From Vicinamibacterales bacterium (GTDB lineage Bacteria; Acidobacteriota; Vicinamibacteria; Vicinamibacterales; 2-12-FULL-66-21), in assembly GCA_038320555.1 (NCBI GenBank), contig JBBQEJ010000007.1:6896-70895 (forward strand): 64,000 bases of DNA. Reading direction: 5' to 3'. Both the position numbers and the translations under genes were made by a program. Under the pieces are notes generated by a model. It made no database searches, was not told the origin of the DNA, and was given only the letters and a program-made list of their open reading frames with translations. Of the stretch, positions 57,384-64,000 are shown piece after piece; positions within the stretch are counted from its first letter, which is position 1, and each line of letters starts with the position of its first letter.

Positions 57384-58559
57384 CTATCCTAGCAGCGGCA
57401 TCACGGTCAGGGCCGACAACAGGTGGAGATTGCCTGCCGCGAACCATGGCCAGAAGCGCCCGGGCCGGGATTCGGTTGCCAGCAGAATATTGAATCCCAC
57501 GGTCAGCGGCAGCAGGATGCGCGTGATCGCAGCCGTGTGCGGGTCCGCGAGCACGCGATCGAGCAGGAGCATCAACACCACATAAGGAACGGCGACCCGC
57601 CACCAGGGATCGCTGTACTTCCGGTGGAGAAGCACGTACACGGCCTGCACAACCATCGACGACAACAGGGCCAGGGCACGTCCCTCGCCTGAGAAAAGTC
57701 CCCCGGCGCGAACTGCCGCGAGCGTCTGCGTCCAGCGCGCCGTCAGCGCGGTGGCCGGTGCCATGAGCGTGTCAGCGCCGGCGAAAATCGTCGACCGATA
57801 AATCGAGCGCAGGTAGTCCTCCCATACCAAGAGAGGCAATGCCGCGAGCGCGACAGCGGCGGCGAGCCGGATCCATGCTCGCCGATCGCGTGGAAACGGT
57901 TGCGCCGCCACGACCAGCAGGTTCGTCTCGCGCGCCAGCCCCGCAATTCCGACAATTACGGCCGACAGGAAAGGGCGACGTTTTTCCACCGCCCGCACTG
58001 CGCACACCGTCAGGACGAGGCTGGGTGCGTCGAGTAACGCGAACCTCACCGACCACAGCACCCCGTGCGAGAACAGGCACGCGGTCCACAGGGCCAGACC
58101 TCTCCCCGAGGCTGGCGGAATCCAGCGCGTGAGCAACCACGCGAGGACCATCCAGCAGACGACGTTCTGAAGGGCGTAGACCTCGATGATCCACGCCGGG
58201 CGTCCGAGTCCGAAGGCGAACGCAGTCCAGCTGAAGAGAATGCGCCGCGCGCGGAAAGGCGGAAGGTCTATCGCGTGATCGACGAGCGGATCGCGGCAGA
58301 GCGGGTCGAGCGCGCGCTGCGCGTAGAACTGACCGTCGTAGCTCGCCCATGGGGGATAGGTGAAATGCGGCACCTCACGGAGCGCCGGCGCTTCAGAGTC
58401 GGCGCCGGCCGGAAAACCGATGAGCGCGGTGAAGCCTGTACCGGGATGGTAGAATCGCGACACCGATACCAGGAACAGGATGACCAGTGCGATCGCCACG
58501 CCACGATACGTCCATTGCCTCGTGGTGGCGGTTGTCCTGTTTGGCTGCCGGTCTTCCAC
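57384..58559 (-). CDS. Multi-pass membrane protein, GT-C-like glycosyltransferase candidate
   Basis: YDGQFY loop, about 9-10 hydrophobic segments, LARET; start uncertain (58559 or 58499). Confidence 0.7.
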   Translation of the reverse strand: MEDRQPNRTTATTRQWTYRGVAIALVILFLVSVSRFYHPGTGFTALIGFPAGADSEAPALREVPHFTYPPWASYDGQFYAQRALDPLCRDPLVDHAIDLPPFRARRILFSWTAFAFGLGRPAWIIEVYALQNVVCWMVLAWLLTRWIPPASGRGLALWTACLFSHGVLWSVRFALLDAPSLVLTVCAVRAVEKRRPFLSAVIVGIAGLARETNLLVVAAQPFPRDRRAWIRLAAAVALAALPLLVWEDYLRSIYRSTIFAGADTLMAPATALTARWTQTLAAVRAGGLFSGEGRALALLSSMVVQAVYVLLHRKYSDPWWRVAVPYVVLMLLLDRVLADPHTAAITRILLPLTVGFNILLATESRPGRFWPWFAAGNLHLLSALTVMPLLG

Positions 58560-59079
58560 GCCATTGGCCCCCGTCCGGGTTGTGGATCTAATCCGCGAGA
58601 TGGATCGCGCCGACAAGCGGCCGGCAGGCGGCTTTTCTATCGCGATGCAGCAGGTCGACGGCGTGCCCCGCCCGGCCATCGCTGCGGCGGTGCCGAGCCG
58701 GCTGACGGTGGCGCTTCCTCTTCCCAGGCGCGGCGTCTTTCACGCGTTTGTGGCGCTCGCCGACGGACCTCCCGGCGTGAGGGCCGCACCGGTTCGTCTT
58801 CGCGTCGGCGTCAGCGATCATCGCATCTACGAAGGCGTTACGGAGCTGATCCTTTCGCCCGGCCGGCACACGTGGATCGACTTCAGCGCCGACCTGTCCG
58901 CTTACGCGGGCTGGAAGTGGAGCCTATTCTATCGTCCGGATCGGATCACGTGGAGGGTTGTTCTCGCCGCCGACGCGACGGAAGCGTTACCCGCGACCGT
59001 ACTCTGGGGAGCGCCCGAAATCACTACCGACACGCAATCAGCGCGCGAGTACACCGCGCGCCGTCAGGGGTTGCGCTGA
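58480..59079 (+). CDS. Hypothetical lipoprotein
   Basis: Hydrophobic stretch ending LFGC; beta-rich domain (DLSAYAG..LWGAPEI). Confidence 0.7.
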   Translation: MTSAIATPRYVHCLVVAVVLFGCRSSTPLAPVRVVDLIREMDRADKRPAGGFSIAMQQVDGVPRPAIAAAVPSRLTVALPLPRRGVFHAFVALADGPPGVRAAPVRLRVGVSDHRIYEGVTELILSPGRHTWIDFSADLSAYAGWKWSLFYRPDRITWRVVLAADATEALPATVLWGAPEITTDTQSAREYTARRQGLR

Positions 59080-59106
59080 ACCCTGGCACTCCACGACGCC
59101 TGGGTT

Positions 59107-59283
59107 TTATCTTCTTCTCAAGAAGAACCACACCACCGCCAGCACGATTACCCCACCAATCCACAACGGCCGATCGTGTGTGAAGCTTGATTCCACCCAC
59201 GACATGGCAGATCGCATTGTTGTCGCGATCCCGCTGAAAGCACTGGAGCCCGCGTATTCGCCGAGAGATTGTGAGATCAGCAC
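59107..59283 (-). CDS. Small membrane protein (58 aa), below the ORF-track cut-off
   Basis: Manual translation: VLISQSLGEYAGSSAFSGIATTMRSAMSWVESSFTHDRPLWIGGVIVLAVVWFFLRRR*. Confidence 0.6.
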   Translation of the reverse strand: MLISQSLGEYAGSSAFSGIATTMRSAMSWVESSFTHDRPLWIGGVIVLAVVWFFLRRR

Positions 59284-59329
59284 GCCAGAGTATTACACGG
59301 TCAAGCTCGCATCGGGTCAGCTGGAACTC

Positions 59330-59581
59330 TCATGGAACGCTCGCCGGCGGCACTCCCGTCAGACGGCGATAGGCCTCAGCGGCCCGCTCTATTAGTTCAG
59401 GGGTTTCGTTTCTCTCGGTCAGCGTGGTCCACAAATCGAGCAGTGCCCCCTCGCGACCTTCTCCGGTGCCTGTGGCGACGGCAAAATTCGGCGGCCGGGT
59501 GGAATCGAACAAAGTGACGTGGGTGGGGTCAGCCCTGCCGGGGATAGGATCGGCGAACTCGAGCCGCAGCCATGCAGTCAT
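59330..59581 (-). CDS. Hypothetical protein (83 aa)
   Basis: Globular-looking sequence; TACAAT 9 nt upstream of the ATG. Confidence 0.55.
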   Translation of the reverse strand: MTAWLRLEFADPIPGRADPTHVTLFDSTRPPNFAVATGTGEGREGALLDLWTTLTERNETPELIERAAEAYRRLTGVPPASVP

Positions 59582-59640
59582 ACGTCGGTGATTGTATCGC
59601 CATGGCTAACAGAACGAATTGAGTCAGCTGGTTTTAGGCT

Positions 59641-62600
59641 CTATCGCTTTTTCGGCACCCCTGCCTGCGCCGCACCTTCGATCGGGGGCAACTGGCGGCT
59701 CGTCAGCAACGGGTTGATGCGTGGAACCTCCTTCGCCAACCAGGCGTCGAACTCCTTCATCACGTCACCCAGCTCGCGCGCGATGGCGTCCGCGCGATCC
59801 TGCTGGGTCGCGGATGGACGTCCTTCATACCCGACCACGTTTCCGTACAGGTCCGCGAGATTCTCACGCAGGCGCTCTTCGCCGGTGATCGCTCCGCCTT
59901 CTGTCGTGGCGACGATCTTCTTTCGCAGCGTATCAACCGCTGCGGACGCTTTGCGCAGCTCGGCGCCTGAGACATCCGTCGGCGCGAGCGTCGCGATACG
60001 GCCGTCGAGCTCCAGACGCACCGTGTTGATACGCTCGAGATCATCTGTCATCTCGTTCAGCAGATTGTAGAGCTTCATGGCGAGATCGAACTGCGCCTTG
60101 CGATCGAGTGCGGTGTGCGTCGAGCGCGGATCGGCCAGTACCGTGATGGGCGACTCATGGACGCTGTCCCCTTCGGTGAGCTTCAGGGTGTACCGGCCAG
60201 GCATCAGCCGCGGGCCCGTCGCCGCGCCGAATGCCGCGCTCGCGGCGGTGGGTACGCGCGGCGGCGTAAGCCGCATGCTCCACCCCAACCGGCTCAACCC
60301 TTTTCGCTTGCTCGTGGGAATCACGCTCACGAATTTCCCGGCCGCGTCGAATACTTCAAGTTTCATGTCCCCGAAGATGTGGCGCTTCTGCAGGTAGTAC
60401 GTAATCACCGCATCGTCGGGCGGATTCGATCCGACGAACGCGGCATCCCCGTTTGGCCAGCCGCCCCCGGCCGGGATCGCCTGCACCGTGGGCTTCACCT
60501 GGAAGAACTGGACGGGTTGGCTGAGCGTCTGCGGCGTCAGCGCGCGCAGCGGCGTGATGTCGTCCACAATCCAGATGCCACGACCGTGTGTTGCAATCAC
60601 GAGATCGTGATCGCGAGGATGGATCGCGAGGTCGCGCACGGCGACGGCCGGCAGATCGCTCCCTTTGTATTGCGACCAGTTCTGCCCGCCATCAATGGAA
60701 ATCCACAAGCCGAACTCGGTACCCAGGAAGAGCAGATTCGGGTTGACCAGATCCTGCTTGAGAACATGTGCGTAGCCGCGCACCGGCGAGTCCGCGGCCA
60801 CGAGCGGTGTCCACCGCTGGCCGTAGTCGGTCGTTTTGTATGCATACGGGCGAACGTCGCCGAAGTTGTGCGCATCGAATGTCGCGAACGCCGTGCCGGC
60901 GCGGAAGTGTCCCGCTTCGACCGACGACACCCAGGCGTTCTTCGGAATGCCGTGGACGTTGCCTGCGACGTTCGTCCAGCTCTTGCCGCCATCGCGCGTC
61001 ACCTGAACGTTCCCGTCATCCGTGCCGGCCCAAATCACCAGCGGGCCTACCGGCGATTCCGAGACCGCATAGATCGTGGTGTGCATCTCGGCGTACGAGT
61101 TGTCAACCGTGACGCCGCCAGACTGCTCTTGTTTCTGTTTCTGGGGATCGTTTGTCGTGAGATCCGGTGAAATGCGATCCCACGTCTGCCCGTGATCGCG
61201 TGAGCGGAAGAGGAACTGCGATCCTACATAGAGGGTGCCTTTCACCGTCGGGCTGACGTGAATAGGCGCATTCCAGTTGAAGCGCAGCTTGCCTTCCTTG
61301 TAGTGGGGAAGCGGCTTGATGTTGCGCGTTTCGTGTGTCTTGCGGTTGACGCGGCCGATCTCGCCCCCCTGCGCCTCGGCGTAGATGTAGGTCGGATCGC
61401 TGGGATCGGGAAACATCCAGAAGCCGTCACCGCCGTACATGTTTTCCCACCGGCCGTTCGTGATCCCACCCGGGTATTGCGACGGGCCCACCCAGGAGCT
61501 GTTGTCCTGCAGACCGCCGTACACGTTGTAGGGGCGATCCATGTCCAGGCTCACGTGGTAGAACTGCGATACGGGAAGGTTCTCCGCCTTCCACCAGTGC
61601 GAGCCGGCGTTGTACGAGTACCAGAGCCCGCCATCGTCCCCGGTGACGAGATGGTCGGTGTTCTCCGGATCGATCCACACGTCGTGGAAGTCCCCGTGCG
61701 CGCCGCCGTTGATGACGCTGAAGCTCCCGCCGCCGTCGTTGGTCACGATCAGCGAACCGTCCGGCTTGTAGACGCGGTTCTCATTTTTCGGATCGACGAT
61801 GAGATTCGCGAAGTAGAAGGGGCGCCAGATCATGTTCTGGCTGCGGTCTTTCATCTGCCAGGTGCGGCCGCCATCGTCGGAGCGGTAGAGCCCGTTTCTT
61901 GGGGGGACCGCTTCGACAAATGCGTACACGACGTTCGGTTTCGACGGCGCGACGGCCACCGCGACGCGGCCCCAGGGCTTCGGCGGCAGGCCCGCTGCAC
62001 TTGTGGCGGTAAGTTCGGTCCATGTGGCGCCGCCGTCTGTCGTCTTGAACAGACCGCTTCCGCTCGGGGCCTCCGGACCGTCACCGCCCGAGCGGAAGGT
62101 CCAACCCTGACGGCGAAAATCCCATAAGCCGGCAAAGAGCGTCCCGGGCGCCTTGGGGTCCAGCGACATCATCGAGCAGCCTGTGGACTGATTGGAGCCC
62201 CCGAGAATTCCGGACCATGTCTTGCCACCGTCTGTCGTCTTGTAGATGCCACGCTCATCGCTGTCGCTCCAGAGCTTGCCCGGGACGCACACGTAGACGG
62301 TGTTTGTGGCATTCGGGTCGACGAGAATTTTCGCGATGTGCTCCGACTGCTTGAGCCCCATGTTCGACCAGGTCTCGCCGCCATCGCTGGTCTTGTACAC
62401 GCCATCGCCGATCGAAACCGAGTTGCGCATCCATGACTCGCCCGTTCCGACCCACACGACTTTCGGATTGGCCGGATCGATCGTCACGGCGCCGATGGAC
62501 TGCACCGCCTCCTTGTCGAACATCGGCTTGAACGTCGTCCCGCCGTTCTGGGACTTCCAGACGCCCCCACTTGCGGCGCCGACATAAAGCGTGACTCGAT

Positions 62601-63573
62601 TGCCTTCCCGCACGCCGGCCACGGCGGCTATCCGTCCGCTCATCGCGGCGGAGCCAATGTTGCGAGCGCCCAATCCGGCAAAAGTTTCCGAGTCGACCTT
62701 CGGCGCGAGTGTCGTAGCGGGAAGGTTGACGATAGCGGCGGCAGGTTTCCTCGGCGTCGCTGGCGGGGAAGGCTCCCTCGCTTTCCCAGGCTGGGGTACA
62801 TCAGGGCCTACCGTGGCCCCGGGAGCCGGCATTTCGAAGCGACTGTCCGGGATGTCCGGGTTCGCGTCGATTCGCTCCCACACGTATTTCGCTTTGTCAG
62901 CGCTGGAGCTTCCCTTGGCGCCAATCTCGAACGAGAAAGGCACGTACCATCCGTTCACGTCCTTGTAGTCGCCGAAGACGATCTCAAAGTCCCGTTCGGC
63001 CCCACGAACCGTGCGCTTCACGTCGAGTTTGATCGGCACGTCGCCGTCGGTATCGATGTAATACGTGCGGATGTCTCCGTTGGCCGCGAGCGTCAGTTTC
63101 AGCTTGTAGACATCGCTGCCTTCAACTTTGTCGGTGCCAAGGAGCTCGAGTTTGTTGCCCTTTTGTACGTAGTCGATGATCGGATCCTCGAACTCGGCGT
63201 CCTCGACGATCGATTTCAACTCTTCTTCGCCCATCGCTTCGGCGTCTTTCTTGCCCCCGAATGGATCGACCTTCCAGCCGGTCTTGCCGTCATAGGCCTG
63301 AATGGCGGTCATGCCCTGAAGGGAAAACTGGTCCCGGACTTTGTTGGGCCGCTTGTTCTCCTGGCTGACGGATGCCTCGAATCCGCCACCGCCATAGAAC
63401 CTTCCCGCACGTCGCAGCGTGTGGACAGCCCGGATTCGATCCGCGCCGCCGATCTTCTTGACGTATCTCGCAATGATGTCGTCGGCGGTTTGCGCGGACT
63501 GCCCAGCTCCCGAAGTCATCAGAGCTGAGAAAATCATCAGAGCGGAGAAGAGGAAGGACAGAATACGTTTCAT
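59641..63573 (-). CDS. LolA-like domain fused to a VPS10/BNR-repeat glycosyl-hydrolase-like protein
   Basis: Signal peptide; aa ~28-250 lipoprotein-sorting-like domain; Pro-rich linker; RNIGSAAMSGRI, then many S/T-x-D-G-G-x-T-W Asp-boxes, GGLQDN, GGDGF, ATHGRGIW. Confidence 0.88.
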   Translation of the reverse strand: MKRILSFLFSALMIFSALMTSGAGQSAQTADDIIARYVKKIGGADRIRAVHTLRRAGRFYGGGGFEASVSQENKRPNKVRDQFSLQGMTAIQAYDGKTGWKVDPFGGKKDAEAMGEEELKSIVEDAEFEDPIIDYVQKGNKLELLGTDKVEGSDVYKLKLTLAANGDIRTYYIDTDGDVPIKLDVKRTVRGAERDFEIVFGDYKDVNGWYVPFSFEIGAKGSSSADKAKYVWERIDANPDIPDSRFEMPAPGATVGPDVPQPGKAREPSPPATPRKPAAAIVNLPATTLAPKVDSETFAGLGARNIGSAAMSGRIAAVAGVREGNRVTLYVGAASGGVWKSQNGGTTFKPMFDKEAVQSIGAVTIDPANPKVVWVGTGESWMRNSVSIGDGVYKTSDGGETWSNMGLKQSEHIAKILVDPNATNTVYVCVPGKLWSDSDERGIYKTTDGGKTWSGILGGSNQSTGCSMMSLDPKAPGTLFAGLWDFRRQGWTFRSGGDGPEAPSGSGLFKTTDGGATWTELTATSAAGLPPKPWGRVAVAVAPSKPNVVYAFVEAVPPRNGLYRSDDGGRTWQMKDRSQNMIWRPFYFANLIVDPKNENRVYKPDGSLIVTNDGGGSFSVINGGAHGDFHDVWIDPENTDHLVTGDDGGLWYSYNAGSHWWKAENLPVSQFYHVSLDMDRPYNVYGGLQDNSSWVGPSQYPGGITNGRWENMYGGDGFWMFPDPSDPTYIYAEAQGGEIGRVNRKTHETRNIKPLPHYKEGKLRFNWNAPIHVSPTVKGTLYVGSQFLFRSRDHGQTWDRISPDLTTNDPQKQKQEQSGGVTVDNSYAEMHTTIYAVSESPVGPLVIWAGTDDGNVQVTRDGGKSWTNVAGNVHGIPKNAWVSSVEAGHFRAGTAFATFDAHNFGDVRPYAYKTTDYGQRWTPLVAADSPVRGYAHVLKQDLVNPNLLFLGTEFGLWISIDGGQNWSQYKGSDLPAVAVRDLAIHPRDHDLVIATHGRGIWIVDDITPLRALTPQTLSQPVQFFQVKPTVQAIPAGGGWPNGDAAFVGSNPPDDAVITYYLQKRHIFGDMKLEVFDAAGKFVSVIPTSKRKGLSRLGWSMRLTPPRVPTAASAAFGAATGPRLMPGRYTLKLTEGDSVHESPITVLADPRSTHTALDRKAQFDLAMKLYNLLNEMTDDLERINTVRLELDGRIATLAPTDVSGAELRKASAAVDTLRKKIVATTEGGAITGEERLRENLADLYGNVVGYEGRPSATQQDRADAIARELGDVMKEFDAWLAKEVPRINPLLTSRQLPPIEGAAQAGVPKKR

Positions 63574-63708
63574 GAATGGCCTCGAATCGGATTCTATGCG
63601 ATCGTGCTCAGGCCGGCGTGAGTAGAATAGTCAGAATGCGATCTAAAGGCTGATCCGTCGCGGGGTCATTAGTAGAACTGGTTTTAAGAGCCGACGGCCC
63701 GGCTTTCG

Positions 63709-63873
63709 CGCCGAGATCGCGGAGTATGTCGCGCAGAGAGTGCAGAGGACGCAAAGGGACGCGGGAGCGATCGGATCGCCCGCGCGGACGACCAGGTGGC
63801 GAGTGATCCGGTCGCCCCGCGTATTCTCGGCGTGCTCTGCGTCCTCCGCGCGAGATACTCGGCGATCTCAGCG
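63709..63873. repeat. Period-9 long palindromic intergenic element
   Basis: Left arm cgccgagatcgcggagtatgtcgcgcagagagtgcagaggacgc.. is mirrored by a right arm whose reverse complement reads cgctgagatcgccgagtatctcgcgcggaggacgcagagcacgc... Confidence 0.85.
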
Positions 63874-63882
63874 AGGGACTAG

Positions 63883-64000
63883 CTAGCGCCAGGCGCTGCC
63901 GGATCGGCTGCGCAACTCGTTGATGATCTCGCGCACGGCCACCGGCTTGCTCAACTCCTGGAGCTCAGTGGTGCTGCACTGATCGACGCCGACCTTCTCT
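63883..64000 (-). CDS. 3' end of an unidentified gene (partial)
   Basis: Open frame ..EKVGVDQCSTTELQELSKPVAVREIINELRSRSGSAWR* entering from the right edge. Confidence 0.55.
   Translation of the reverse strand, partial: EKVGVDQCSTTELQELSKPVAVREIINELRSRSGSAWR

Overview
GC-rich bacterial chromosome segment. Oar-type TonB-dependent receptors, many Tat-exported Gfo/Idh/MocA and TIM-barrel proteins and GGRGG-rich secreted proteins suggest an Acidobacteriota (Vicinamibacteria-like) host; this is inference. Main content: a DEAD-box helicase, an ABC-F ATPase, an M28 peptidase, an FTR1 iron permease, a GltD-like flavoprotein plus 2-oxoacid:ferredoxin oxidoreductase operon, two TonB-dependent receptors, a PqaA-family protein, a MoxR/DUF58/vWA operon, carbohydrate and redox enzymes, a FecR-OmpA-CHASE2/HD-GYP signalling triad, and a LolA-like + VPS10/BNR fusion. 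I saw no rRNA, tRNA, CRISPR array, integrase or transposase. The least-explained signal is non-coding. Many intergenic spacers hold periodic palindromes: tandem units of 7, 8, 9 or 10 nt whose reverse-complement array follows shortly after. There are also REP-like hairpins and a branched ~270-bp palindrome with a second partial copy 37 kb away. Several such elements have entered coding frames: an in-frame insert in DUF58, a vWA C-terminal tail, and the N-terminus of a Tat protein. Four genes are pseudogenes, three with large internal deletions and one frameshifted and truncated. All product calls come from motif recognition by eye; no database was searched.
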